A stretch of DNA of 60,000 nt from Felis catus (lineage: Eukaryota), in the NCBI RefSeq assembly GCF_018350175.1, contig NC_058383.1, forward strand, positions 7,566,001 to 7,626,000, given 5' to 3'. Each line of letters starts with the position of its first letter. Positions within the stretch are counted from its first letter, which is position 1. Made by a program: the position numbers and the translations under genes. Positions 38,072-51,759 of the stretch are shown here, piece by piece. Under the pieces are notes generated by a model. That model worked only from the letters and a program-made list of their open reading frames with translations. It had not been told where the DNA came from and made no database searches.

Positions 38072-38469
38072 AAGTCAATGTGATGAGTCAAAAATTTTCC
38101 TCTGAAAAAAATGAGGGTTGGGAGCCAATGTTCTAGGAAACCCCTCCCAGAACTTATTCTCTCTCCAATTAAAAATAACCTTTTATTTTTATGAAGCAAT
38201 ATTCATTGTAGAAAGTTATCAAATACTGAGAAGCAAAAATAAAACATCATATTTCCACCACCCAGAGGTTACCATTTAACAGCTTACTGTATAATGTTAC
38301 AGGATTTTTTCTATGTGTATGTTTTTTAACAAAACAAGATCATCCTGCACATGCTGTTTTGAAAGCTGCTTTTCCCCATTAGTGGTCTCCACCTCTCCAT
38401 ATCAATAGATTTTCATCTTATCTAATACCCAGGCCATATATACATTTTCCTAATTGTGCCCCAAAGTGT

Positions 38470-39070
38470 TCTGGTGTCTTAACGTGGCTGCCATAACAAA
38501 ATGCCATAGACTAGTTGGCTCAAACAACAGATGTTGATTTTTCATGGCTCTAGAGGCTGGGAAATCCAAGATCAACGTGTTGGCCAATTTGGTTCTTGGT
38601 CAAAGTCCTCTTCCTAGCATGCAGACAGCCACCTTCTTGCTGTATCCATACATATCAAAGAGTGAGAGAGCAAGAGAGAGAACAAAGTGGGGGGGAGGGT
38701 CTGATTTTTCTCTCTCTCTCTTTTTTTTTTTTTTTTTGAGAGAGCGCGTGCGTGCAAGAGAGCGCATGAGTTGGGGGATGGAGGGAGGGGCAGGGAGAGG
38801 GACAGAGAAAATCCCAAGCAGGATCCACACTGTCAGCGCAGAGTGAGATGTGGGGCTTGATGTCATGAACCGTGAGATCATGACCTGAGGCAAAATCAGG
38901 AGTCAGACACTCAACTGACTGAGCCACTCAGGCGCCCCTCTTTCTCCTTTTAAGAGAACACTCATCACATCATTAGGGTCCTGCCCTCATGACCTCACCT
39001 GAACCTAATCACTTCTCAAAAGTCTTACTTCCAAATGCTATCACATCAGAGATTAAGGCTTTAACGTGTG
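38470..39070. mobile_element. MLT1 (MaLR) LTR interrupted by a CanSINE (38720-38937)
   Basis: ggctgccataacaaaatgccatagact ... ggctgggaaatccaagatcaa ... ccctcatgacctcacctgaacctaatcac. Confidence 0.8.
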
Positions 39071-40624
39071 AATTATCGAAGTAGATTCTATCCAGACCTG
39101 GGAGTTGCATCTGGTTGTTATGGTTCTTCCTCCCTTCTAATTTGTCACATTCTCTTTGCTTCTTTTGCTCCCATAAACTCTGACTTGTAAGATAGCCCGG
39201 GCCATTTGTATTAAAGAATGCCACACTCCCTGCATATGCTTGGATGCCTCCTCTGGGTACCTCTACAGTTTACAAGTACTGGGGATTGGGGCTTCTTGTC
39301 CCTTGTTAGTCAGACCCAGGTCCCCGTAATGCATGTGCCTTCAGAGCGGCAGACCATTCTGATGCTCTAGTTTCCATTGGTCCTCTGCCATCTCCAAACT
39401 GCCCCTAGGATGGAGTGAGGAGCATGTTGGCTGGGGACTCATCTGCCCCAGGGCAATTTTCTGCCACCAAAAAATGGCTGTGAGTCAGAAACCCTGGGCA
39501 GGAAGCACCAGACATGGTGTCACCGCCATCTAAAAAAAATTTCCACTGACCAAGTGGTGACCTTATGCTGATTGTGTGTGACATTCCTGCCTTAAAGCCC
39601 AGGGATGGGTGGGACGGTGCGATGTACACATTCCAGAAATTTCAGAGTAATGAGGGGAAACCTTCTGGAAAAATTAGAAGCTAGAGGGAAATTTTTAATT
39701 ATATGTGTTATTGATTTCCCTGCCTGTTAAGATCTGAAGTCATTTTGTTCGTTGAGTAACATAAAATGTATTCTTGTATTTGGGTCATAAAACTGTCATG
39801 GTTGGTCTACTTAGAGATATGTAAATCTAAAAGTGAAGAACATACCCCCTCCCCCCCTTTTTGAGGTTGGGGCTGAGTGAGAAAGTCAATGGGGGAAAAG
39901 TATTCCCCTCCCTCTCCATTTTTCGGTCTATCTCTCCCAGCTAGGAGGCCCTATGGTAAGGGAATAAAGGTGGTTCTAACAGGAACTTTTTAAGGGGAAA
40001 AACCCACATGCCCAGGGTGGGAGGGGGTCCCTGACAACAAATCAGACCTGGGGAGGGACAGTCAGCTTCTAAAATTCTCTCCTGGGGTGTGGATGTGAGT
40101 CATCCACCTCTTTTCCACCTAACCTTGCCACCCTGCATCACTGCTCTGAAAGAGACCTGCCCCCCAGCCCACACCTTCTGCCGTGGATGGAGCATTTCCC
40201 TTCCTTTGCCATTCTGAAGGAGAGGGAGGGGGCATTGCCCTGTCCACCAACAGACCACCGCTCTTTATACTCAGGAGGGGGGACCACTGAGAATTTACAG
40301 TGTTGGGGGTGGAGGAGGGTACAAGAGGACAGCAAGGAGGCCAGCCATTGCTCCTGGAGGTGCAGATGAGGAGGCAGCACAGAACCACTGGACCGGGTGC
40401 ACGGAGAGGAGGACTGACAGGGCGCAGTGATGGAAGTGCCCTGCTAAGGAGGCAAGCAGCAGCCCCTCCCACAAGGGTGAGTGGGATGAGCCCAGTTGGC
40501 TAGAAAGTGACCTAGGGATGCTTGGTGCCCTGGGTGGGCCCAGTGGACACGAGTCCCCAACCCTCCTGGTATTGCAACCCAAGAGAAAACTCTACCACTC
40601 GGGTGGTGTGCTAATCAGTAGTTA

Positions 40625-40832
40625 GAGCATGGTTCTCCACTTGGCGATTTTGCCCCCTAGAGGACATCGGGCAATATTATTTGTTGTCACAACTGAGGAT
40701 GGGGTTGCCCCTGACATCTAGCAGGTAGAGGCCAGAAATGCTGCTAAACTTCCTACAATGCACAGGACGGCCCCTCTCAACAAAGAAGCATCTGGTCTGA
40801 ATTGTCAATAGCATTGAGGTTGATAAACCTTG
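40625..40832. mobile_element. MER20 (hAT-Charlie) DNA transposon
   Basis: gattttgccccctagaggaca ... ttgtcacaactg ... gtagaggccagaaatgctgctaaac ... acaatgcacaggac. Confidence 0.85.
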
Positions 40833-40895
40833 ACTTTTGGGGTCAAGAAGCCTTGAGTTAGAGTATCTTGACACTTTGAACATGGTACTTTGACA

Positions 40896-41440
40896 GGGGT
40901 GCCTGGCTACCTCAGTAGGTGGAGAATGTGACTCTTCATATTGGGGTCTTGAGTTCAAGCCCCACATTGGGTGTAGAGCTTATTGAAAAAATAATATATA
41001 TTTTATATTAAATTATATATGTATTATATAATCATAAATTAAAAGCATATATTATATAATAAATAGAAAGTATATATTATATATACGTATACATATATAT
41101 ATAGAGAGAGAAAGAACATGGTACCTTGAGATTTCTATTGTAAAATCTAACATCTTTATTCCATTCACAAATCTGTATGTTTTTGTTTTTGAGTGTGCCA
41201 GTAAGACTTCATATTTCTTTTCTTTTTTTTTTTTTTAACATTTATTCATTTTTGAGAGACAGAGTGCAAGAAGGGGAGGGGCAGAGAATGGAAGGGGGGA
41301 GGGGAGGAGACACAGAATCCGAAGCAGGCTTCAGGCTGTCAGCCTAGAGCCCGACGTGGGGGTAGAACCCACGGATTAATTGTGAGATCATGACCTGAGC
41401 TAAAGTCAGACGCCCAACCGACTGAGCCACCCAGGCGCCC
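40896..41440. mobile_element. Short (+) CanSINE with AT-rich tail and a (-) CanSINE
   Basis: TSDs GAACATGGTAC.TTGA and AAGA.TTCATATTTCT. Confidence 0.85.
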
Positions 41441-42580
41441 CAAGATTTCATATTTCTAATTCAGACTGTTAGGGATAAGGAATTACACAAAACCTTCCTT
41501 TGACTGGCACTTGAAGTTTACATTATTTTTTTGTTAACCATTGGCTATTGACCCCTGATGGCAGGCACAATGCAAGCTCTAAAATCACATTTCTACTTTT
41601 AAAAGTCAGCTTTATTGACTTATAATTTATATACAATAAAATGCATGCACCTGAAGTCTACAGTATGATGAATTTTGACAACTCTATATACCTGCAAACA
41701 TAAGTTTAAAAAAACTATGTTTAGATTTATGGAGTAACGGTTAGAAACACAGACTTTGAAGTTGATCGGACATGGGTTCAAATCCCAGCTCTGCCTTCTA
41801 AGCCTTGGTTTTCTCATCAGTAAATTGGACTAATAAAATCCACCAAAGGGGTTATCCTGAGGATAAAAATGACCCGCTTGAAGTGTTTAGCTCAGGGCTT
41901 GCCTGGCACGTGGAGAAGTGTGTTGTCAGTGGTCATAATAGGCATGAGTATCAGTGTCCTCACCATTTCCTGATACACTTGGCTAATAGAATCCTTTTTT
42001 TCTGTATCTACGTGTCTTCCCAGGATGAGCACACTTTCCCCATGGTTACAGTAATTGTAATTGTATATACACGTGCAATTTCCAAACTAATATTTCCAAC
42101 TTCTCTCCTGGGCTCCAGAGGAACAGGGCAGTTTCCCCCTAGGCCCACCTCAAAAACAACATGTCCCCCCAAACCACCCATCGTGACTTGGACTGCCCAT
42201 CTCAGTCAATGCCATCCCATCCAGAAATCTCTTTGCAGAAGTACCTGGTTCCTTTCTCCCTCACACACACCGCTCATTCATTAGGATATCAGTTTAAGTG
42301 CTTCAAAAGAGACCCAAACAACAATGGCTGAACCTAAAAGGGAGGTTATCTCTTGATTATATAAGCATCTAGACATAATCAGTCCACAGCGGACCTAGAT
42401 GATCCAGGATAATCCAGGCTCTTTCTGTTTGGTTGCTCTGCCTTCCAAGGGTATTGCCTTTGTTCTACAAGGTCTGAGTGACTCACTCCCAGGTCTAGTT
42501 TTCATGTAGCAGGATGCTCCTTGCGTACAATGCAGCAGACTGCATTTAATCCTCATGTCACATGAGAGGCAGCGGTTTTG

Positions 42581-42660
42581 TTAGGTTGAGCTGTGTAAAA
42601 TTGCCATTTTTGTTGGTCAAATATGGTAGGTTATTGGCAATCTTATTCAAGTAGCTCATA
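42581..42660. mobile_element. MADE2-like mariner MITE within a MIR
   Basis: ttaggttga...aaattgcc...ggtcaaa...ggcaat ~80-bp imperfect palindrome; MIR core continues at 42670-42760. Confidence 0.6.
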
Positions 42661-44476
42661 GTAGCTCTACTTTACAGATAAGGACTCTGACGCACAGAGA
42701 AGCCAAGTAATTTGCCCAAAGCCACACAGCAAGTGAATGGCGGAGAAGGAATTCAAATCTAGAGTCTCCCTCAAAGCTGGGCCAATGGAAGATTCTTCAG
42801 AATGAGCAAGGCTCGGTTCTCCTGTCCCCAGTGTGCAACAATGAACATTGGAAAGCTACACAGCAGTTCAAGACAGAAACAGCAACAGCTTAATATGGCT
42901 GTGTAAGAATGTCACAAGACCATCTATGAATTTTTTTTCCCAAATGAGTGATAAGACAAGACATTCTTTTTCTTGAAGAAACAGAGACAGAGCAATGGTC
43001 CCAGAGTAGTGTGGCTGAGAAGACTCTGAACAAGAGGGGAGATTTCAATTGAGTCTTGAAAGCAGAGGAGGGTTAGTTCCATTGTGTGTGCGGTGGTGGG
43101 AGTGATGTTCAGTGGTGATAAGCTCATTCTAGGATATTCTACAAAAGCTTGAGATGTCATCTATGAAGATTTGAGTCTCCATCATTACTTGATTGTGTGC
43201 GCACACATGGGAGTGTATACCCCCATGCGCACACGGGTGTATACACTCCCATGTGTATCTGTGGATTTCTTCCTGTAATGTCTCCCCACGTTGTCACTTT
43301 GCATGTGTGTACCTAGGTTTGTCTTTTCGTGTTTCCCTCTGTCTTTCTGTGTCTTGGTGTTGTTTTCTCTTTCTCCCTGCCCTTCGTCTCTTTCTTTCTT
43401 TCTCTTTCTTTCTTTCTCTTTCACAAACTCTCTCTCATCATCGGTCTCTCCCAGTCTTTGCTTTATAATTGGTCTCATATAAATCCTAAGTACATTTTTT
43501 TTACTATTCATTGCACATATTAAATAGTTTGATGTGCCCTGCCCCTAATTTAAAATGCAAACGGACAGAATGTTCTATCCTTCCACCTAAATTTCTCTTC
43601 CATTTTATTGTTCCTTCCCCTGTCCTTTTACTGAATTAATTTGTTTTTATCTTTATCAAGTCAGACATGCACAGGATTTTAAAAGTCAAAGAGTAAAAGA
43701 CTGAAGAAAAGCAAGCTCACCTCATTACACTCTGGACCCGCTTCTCAGATTTATTCATTTTCAAGTCTTTCAGCCATTTCTACTGGTATGTACCTCCTTG
43801 TTTCTCAGTAACATGCTTGTACAGCCATTTCTTGATTTTTTTCAGCTTTCTGTACAATTTCATAAAACAGAAAATGAGAATTTAACTCTTATACTTCCAT
43901 CCCCAAACACAACTCTTCCTCTTCCTCCCTGAAAAAGTTACCCTCGGGTGCCCGGCTGGCTCAGTGGGTGGAGCATTCAACGCTTGATCTCAGGTTGTGA
44001 GTTCAAGCCCCATGTTGGGTGTAGAGATTACTTAAAAATAAAATCTTCAAAAAAAAAGTCATATCCTAGTTTTTAATCAGAGAAGAATTCAGTGTTTGTA
44101 ATAATATTATTATATACATATTATTTAACCTGAGCCATGTCATAGACTATGGTTGTATTTTCTTTCTTGGAGTTTTCTTTCCCTAGAGTTAATTGTCTTA
44201 AGTTTTTGTTTGTCTGCTTTCTAGGAACCTAACAAGAATTCAGTCCCCAGCAGGTGATCCATCAGCTTAAGCTTTTTCTTGGAGACCTTTGTCCTACAGC
44301 TCTTCTTCTTCCTGTTACACTCTAGAAGGCCTGTCTGTCTGCTGCGACACAGCTCTCACCCTGGGACACCAGTTACCTCTCTCCCTGCTCCTATTCCTGA
44401 GTCCACGGTTCCTCTTTCTTGGATTAGTCCTTCAATTTATGGAAGCCCATACCCTTCCTAGGAAAGTGCACCAGGG

Positions 44477-44513
<37 letters not shown>

Positions 44514-44721
44514 TTTCACATACCTGAAACTGTCCTACCCTAAGTGGATTGACAGTTTGGATTGACAGAATTCTTGGTGCGCAATCATCTTTCCTCAGAA
44601 TTTTTTTTTTTTTAATTTAGTAATCAGTCTCTTTAAACAATAGTTTTTCAACAAAAATATGCTAAAACTAATATTGTGCTTCTCCATGGAAGGTTTGCTT
44701 TTTAAAAATTGAGCTATAATT

Positions 44722-44920
44722 GGGGCGCCTGGGTGGCTTAGTCGGTTAAGTGTCTGACTTCCGCTCGAGTCATGATCTCACGGCTTGTGAGCCAGAGCCC
44801 CATTTTCTCAGAGCCTGGAGACTGCTTCCAATTCTGTGTGTGTGTGTGTCTCTCTCTCTGTCCCTTCTCCAGCTCACACTCTGTCTCTCTCTCTCTCAAA
44901 AATAAATAAACATTAAAAAA
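44722..44920 (+). mobile_element. CanSINE with internal deletion
   Basis: TSD ATTGAGCTATAATTG on both sides. Confidence 0.9.
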
Positions 44921-45173
44921 TATTGAGCTATAATTGACATAGAACATTGTATGAGTTTTAGGTGTACAACATAATGATTTGATGTATGTATATTTCCTCA
45001 GAGTTTTGAAGGCATTGCTTTATTGTCTTTCTTTTTTAAGTTTTATTTATTTAAGTAATCTCTACACCCAATGTAGTGTTTGAACTCACAACACTGAGAT
45101 CAAGAGTCACACACTCTTCAACCAAGCCAGACAAATGCCTCTACTTTTCTTTCTTTTTAAAAACTGTTCTTTT

Positions 45174-45258
45174 TGTATGGAAACCAATTTGACAATAAAT
45201 TTCATATATTAAAAATAATAATAATAATAAAATAAAAAATAATAAAAAATAAACACAC
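45174..45258 (+). mobile_element. Extremely 5'-truncated young felid L1
   Basis: TGTATGGAAACCAATTTGACAATAAATTTCATATATT plus A-rich tail; 15-bp TSD AAAAACTGTTCTTTT at 45159-45173 and 45259-45273. Confidence 0.75.
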
Positions 45259-45584
45259 AAAAACTGTTCTTTTACTTTTCAATAATAAAATAAAATAAAA
45301 TAAAATAGTTCTTCTACTTTTCAATAATATTGTTGAGAAGTCTGAAGTCATTCTGATTCCCTATTATTTCTCTCTATACACTTGCCGGATCTTTGATTTG
45401 GCTTATGTGCTCTGAAATTTCAAGATTTCTTTGTCTTAATATAGATTTATTTTAATTGTATTAAATACATATGGGGCATGGGATCTCTCCACCTAGAACC
45501 TAAGTTTCTTTGATTCTGGCAATTTTCCTAGAGTTATTTTATTTTATTTTTGGATAATTTCTTCCCATCTAATTTACTCTTTAA

Positions 45585-45799
45585 ATTTTTTTTTTTCAAC
45601 GTTTATTTACTTTTGGGACAGAGAGAGACAGAGCATGAATGGGGGAGGGGCAGAGAGAGAGGGAGACACAGAATCGGAAACAGGCTCCAGGCTCTGAGCC
45701 ATCAGCCCAGAGCCTGACGCGGGGCTCGAACTCCCGGACCGCGAGATCGTGACCTGGCTGAAGTCAGACGCTTAACCGACTGCGCCACCCAGGCGCCCC
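45585..45799 (-). mobile_element. Young SINEC_Fc
   Basis: TSD ATCTAATTTACTCTTTAAA on both sides. Confidence 0.95.
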
Positions 45800-46539
45800 A
45801 TCTAATTTACTCTTTAAAACTATTGTTTTTTGATGTTGGATCAATCTCCTAAATGGATTCTTGAATTTTCTTATTTTTTTCTCTCTTATTTTTTATGTCT
45901 TTGCCATTTGTTCTACTATCCAGGGGGTTTTTCCACCTTTTCTTACCAATCCTTCTACTGAATTTTTCATTTTCAATACCCTATTTAAAATTTTTAAGAG
46001 TTTTTTTTTTTTTTGGTTCTGAATGTTCCTTTTTTAACGGTCTTCTGTGTTTCTTCAAGGATGAAATATCTAATCTTATCTATCCAAAAACCAGCAACAT
46101 TAATTTTTCTTTCTTTGAGGTTTTCTACTCCAGCTTCTTCCAAGGTCATTTTTTCTCTTTGTTGCTTTGGTTTCTATCTTTCATGTCACAGGCCGGTGTG
46201 ACCTTCAACTCTCTATTTATATTATCAATATCTGAAGGTCCTTCTCTTGAGCAAGTTGGTTACTCTAGAGAGAACTCCATCAATCATCAGTGGAGAGTGG
46301 GGGAAGAGGAAGTCATAATTCTGGCTTCCAGCAGTTAGAAAGGTGAACAGAGGGAGAGGGGCTGGCTGGAGGTCTCACTTGCCCTGTTAAGCCCCCTGCC
46401 CTCTGCTGTGTTACCCTCAAGCCAAGAGTTCCTCTTGTTTAAACCTCCCCAGAAAGTCAATATCACATCTTAAGCTTGGACGTGGGGAGAAACTGTTATC
46501 TTGCTCAGAGTGGTGAAGGGGAGTGGAGAATCTTTACCA

Positions 46540-47220
46540 ACTTTATTTTAATTGTGGCAAAATGTACTTAACATAAAATCTATCATCCTGACCATCTTTA
46601 AGTGTACAGTTCAGTAGGGTCAAGTACATTCACACTATTGTGCAACCAATCTCCAGAACTCCTCACCTTGCAAAAGGGAAACTGTACCCAATAAACAGCA
46701 ACTCCCCCTTCCCCCTCTCTGCAACCACCATTTTATTTTTCGTCACTATTTTTTTTTAATGTTTATTTTTGAGAAAAAGAGAGAGAGAGAGAGACAGTGT
46801 GAGCTAGGGAGGGGCAGAGAGAGAGGGACACAGAATCCGAAGCAGGCTCCAGGCTCTGAGCTGTCAGTACAGAGCCCAACATGGGGCTTGAACTCACGAA
46901 CTGCGAGATCATGACCTGAGCCGAAGTCGGACGCTTAACCGACTGAGCCACCCAGTCTCCCCACTTTTTGTCTCTATTTGACTACTCTAGGAATAATGCA
47001 GTATTTGTCCTTTGGGCTTATTTCACTAATATAGTATCCTCAAGGTTCATCCACGCTGTAGCAGGTGTCAGAATTTTCTTCCTTTTTAAGGCTGAATAAT
47101 ATTTCATTGTATGTATGTACTGCATTTTATTTATCCATTATCTGTTGATGGATATTTGGGTTGCTTCTATCTTTTGGCTATCGTGAATAATGCTATGAGT
47201 ATGCATGTACAAATTTCTTA
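46540..47220 (-). mobile_element. L1M 3' end interrupted by a CanSINE (46750-46961)
   Basis: aagtgtacagttcagtag ... caaggttcatccacgctgtagc ... ggctgaataatatttcattgtatg. Confidence 0.85.
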
Positions 47221-48089
47221 TAAACTTTTATTTGATCTCTTTGTTCACCCCCATTTGCACTCCCACTTTCAGGAATGACTGGTATCTCTAACAAGGGAGC
47301 CCTTCTGGGGGCACCTGGTGGCTCAGTCGGTTGAATGTCCGACTTCAGCTCAAGTCATGATCTCACTGTTTGTGGCTTCAAGCCCTGCGTCAAGCTCTGT
47401 GCTGACAGCTCAGAGCCTGAAGCCTGCTTCAGCTTCTGTGTCTCCCTCTCTCTGCCCCTCCTCTGCTCATGCTCTCTCTCAAAAATAAATAAACATTTAA
47501 AAATTTAAAAAAAAGGGAGCCTTTCTGGGGTACTGTGATGCCAGTCAGCTTTCTCCTGGGCTCCCCCACAGCTGGCTTAGGTCTCAGCTTTCTCTGGTCG
47601 GCTGTGATCAGAGACCAGTTACTGTGACCAGTAACCACTGTCCGTCCACTTTTTAACTTCGAAACATTTTGTTGCCATTTTCTCCTTTCTGTTTTCTTTG
47701 TGAGGGGTTTATGTCTTAAAAGAAAATCGTTTACTATCATTTTAGTGGGGTTTCAGGAGGGAGACAATGGAAACATGAGTATACCTCCATATTTACTCAG
47801 TCTCTAAATTGTGTTACTTTTAAAAAATTATTTTAGAGAGAGAAAGAGAGCGGTGGGGAAGAACAGAGGGTGAAAGAGAGAGAGAAACTTAAGCAGGTGG
47901 AGCCCAACTCGGGCTCCATCCCATGACCCTGGGATCATGACCTGACCTGAAATCAAGAGTCAGATGCTCAACTGACTGAGCCACCTAGGCGGCCCTAAAT
48001 TGTGTTATTTCTGAGTAATATAATTTCTGATTTTCTTCCCCCAAAAATCAGTGGCTTCCAATATTTTAAATATTATTTTCTTAGTGTAA

Positions 48090-48725
48090 ATATAGATGTG
48101 GTTATGAAAAACAATTTGGCAGTTCCTCAAAGAATTGAGTGTAGAATTACCATATCACCCAATGATTACACTCCCAGGCCAAAAGGATTATAAGCATATG
48201 TCCACACAAAATGTATCCATGAATGTTCATAGAAGCATTATTCATAATATCCAAAAAGTAGAGACAATTCAAATGTTCTTCGGCAGATGCTTGAAAAAAA
48301 AAAAAAAAAACAACGGAACGTGATATATCCATACCATGGAATACTGTACAACCATAACAGTGAAGGTACAATATGGATGAACCTTGAAAACAGCATGCTA
48401 TGTGAAAGAAGCCAGACACAAGAGATCACATATTGTATGATTCCATTTATACGAAATATCGAGAACTTGCAAATCTATATGGAAAGAATGTAGACAAGTA
48501 GATTAGTGATAACTAGGGGATAGGAAGGAGGGACACATGGGGAATGACTGCTAATGGGTACAGAATTTCTTTCTGGTGGTGAAAATGTTCTGGAATTAGA
48601 TGGTAATGATGGTTGCATAACACTGGGAATATACTCGAAACCACTGAATTGTACATTCATTTACCACCATTTAAGATGTACCACCATTTAAGATGGTGAA
48701 TTTTATGGTATGTTAATTATATCTC
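48090..48725 (+). mobile_element. L1MB-type 3' fragment followed by AT-rich low-complexity DNA (to ~48910)
   Basis: aaaacaatttggcagttcctcaaa ... atggatgaaccttgaaaac ... aaatgttctggaattagatggtaatgatggttgca. Confidence 0.85.
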
Positions 48726-49433
48726 GACATATATATATATATATATGAAATATAAATCTATTATATTTATATAATTATATATAAATCTATTATATATTTA
48801 TATATTTATATATTATATAAAATATAAATCTATTATATTTTATATAATATTTATATTGTATATAAAATATAAATATATTATATTTATATATACTTATAAT
48901 ATATCTCAATTTTTTTAATGTTTGGGTTGAGAATAGGAGTGAAAGCTAGGACAAAAAAAATTTAAGTCAGGGACATAAAACTTCAATAGTGCATCAAATT
49001 CTCTTAGTCATGGATTGAGACAGTCATGATCTCGAGTTCGTGAGTTCGAGCCCCACATCAGGTTCTGTGCTGACAGCTTGGAGCCTGCTTCAGATTCTGT
49101 GTCTCCCTCTCTCTCTGCACCTCCCACACTCACACTCTGTCTCTCAAAAAATGAATAAATGTTAAAAAAACAAAGAAGCTCTTTAGGGACTGATATGGAA
49201 AGATTTCAGAAATGTTGGTTTTTTTTTTTTTTTGCTTTGTTTTGTTTTGTTTTTGCTTGTTTGTTTTTTAAGGGATTTTATTTTATTATTTTTAAGTAGG
49301 CTCCATGCCCAACATGGGACTTGAACTCACGACCCTGTGATCAAGAGTCACAACTGGGCCAGTCAGGCGCCCCTCCAAATACATTGTTAATGAAAAAAGC
49401 CAGTTGAAAAAGCAGTGGGCTACACGTTGTATA

Positions 49434-50381
49434 CAGGCATACTTCAGAGATATTGCGGGTTTGGTTCCAGACCATTGCAATAAAGCAAATATTGCAATAA
49501 AGTGGCTCAAGTGAATTTTTGGTTTCCCAATGCATATAAAAGTTGTTTATACTATACTGTAGTCTCTTAAGTGTGCAAGAGCATTATGTCTTTAAAAACA
49601 ATGTATATACCATAATTTAAAAATACTTATTGCTGGGATGCCTGGATAGCTCAGTCGGTTAAGCATCCAACTCAATTTCAGCTCAGGTCATCTGCACATG
49701 GTTTGTGGGATCCAGCCCTTGTGGGATCCAGCCCTATGTCGGGCTCTGAGCTGACAGCGTGGAGCCTGCTTCAGATTCTCTCTCCCTCTCTCTCTCTCCC
49801 CTTCTCTGTTCGTGTTCTCTCTCTCTCTCTCAAAATAAATAAACATTTTTTTTAATTTTTTTTTCAACGTTTATTTATTTTTGGGACAGAGAGAGACAGA
49901 GCATGAACGGGGGAGGGGCAGAGAGAGAGGGAGACACAGAATCGGAAACAGGCTCCAGGCTCTGAGCCATCAGCCCAGAGCCTGACGCGGGGCTCGAACT
50001 CACGGACCGTGAGATCGTGACCTGGCTGAAGTCGGACGCTTAACCGACTGCGCCACCCAGGCGCCCCTAAATAAACATTTTTAAAAAATAAAAACACAAA
50101 TACATTATTGCTAAAAAATGCTATAACCATCATTTGAGCTTTCAGTGAGTCATAATCACTGATCACAGACGACCCTGACAAATATAATAATAACGAAAAA
50201 GTTTGAAATAGTCCAAGAACTAACAAAATGTGATGCAGAGACATGGAGTGAGCAGATGCTGCTGGAAAAGTGGCACCGATAGACTTGCTCAACACGGGGT
50301 GACCATAAATCTTCAATCTGTGAAAAATACACTATCTGCAAAGCACAATAAAGCAAAGAACTATAAAATGAGCTATGCCTG
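49434..50381. mobile_element. Internally deleted Tigger1-type DNA transposon carrying two nested CanSINEs
   Basis: TA|CAGGCATA ... TATGCCTG|TA termini with TA duplication; SINEs at ~49635-49845(+) and ~49850-50067(-). Confidence 0.88.
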
Positions 50382-51375
50382 TATATGCCAAACTGGAGCT
50401 CTGGTACACTTGATTTCTCCCAGATAAGGGAGCAGAGGTACAGCTGTGGACCACACAGTCTGGAAATTTGGGAGAGAGATTTTTCACAATATCTCCTTAG
50501 ATCTTTTTGATTTTGAATGGTGTGGCCATATTGCTTATTTTTCAAAACCAAATTAAATTGAAACTTTAAGAAGGGAGCGTCCTCCAAATACGTTGGAATC
50601 TATAGATTTAGATTCTGTCTCCTTAACATCACTTTCACCCATCCAGTCGTCTCTCACAAAACCCTTGAGGAGGTCCCTACTGCTTTTTACATCAATTTCA
50701 AATTCATCAACATGGCATTCACAGACCTCATGATCTGGCCCTTTTCAGCTTTCTCTCTCTGCCGTCTTTTCCAAAACCTCTAGTTCTGGGCTGCCGACTT
50801 CCTTCCAACTCTCCAAGGGAGGCAGGTTTCTCACCTCCATGACATTGTTCAATTTTTCTCTACTCGGAGCCCCCTTCTTCCCCTAACCTCTCCAGTTCAA
50901 CTCTACCCTTGTTCCAGGATTCAACTCATGTGTTACTTCTTCTAAGTACTTCTTAGTACTTCTTAGTACTTAGAAGTACTTCCTGCCCCTCCTCCGAGGT
51001 GAGTTAGACTACACTTCTCATTTGTTGAGTCTTGTCTAGAGACTGATTGTCAAGACTTTTGGCCAGGACCCCTACTAGGTGCTTGTAGATACAGAAATCA
51101 AAAACATAGCTTCTGCTCATAAGAAAACAGCCGATTAGTAGAAAGGTACCCATTAGGATAAGATCAGCGTTTCCTCACGAGTTCTAAGACCCCAGACTGG
51201 TGAGTCAACTTGAGTGTGGAATTTTCAATCTTTCAACTGACTGAATAGTTCTGCCTTCCTCCCCTGTCCTTCTAGGACACTGTGCACACAGCAGCCAGAA
51301 TATTATCACATTGTAGTACAGAACTCAATTGTCCTGTTTATCTCCTCTACCAGATATCGTGCTCCAAGAGTGGGG

Positions 51376-51414
<39 letters not shown>

Positions 51415-51759
51415 ACGTCAAGTTGGTGGAATTATAATCAGGTCTTGAAGAATGGAGATAATTCCAGCCCTTGTTGTAGATGTGGAGGCGGAGGGACATT
51501 CCAGCTGGAGGGAACGGGGTGAGCAAAGGAGAGATGTGGCAAGATCAAAGAAGACACATGGTTCCCTGTGGCTGTAATGAAGGATGAGTGTATGTGTCTG
51601 TGCAAGTGCTCGCATGCTGGGGGAGGGGGTTGTGGGAGAGCTGTGTGAGATAAACTGGGTTCACATTATTTGAAAGATCTTGAGAAAAAAAGTAACACAA
51701 TCAGATCTGAGTTCTAGGAAGGAAACTCGTGGTGATTTAGAAGATGGATAGAATGGAGG

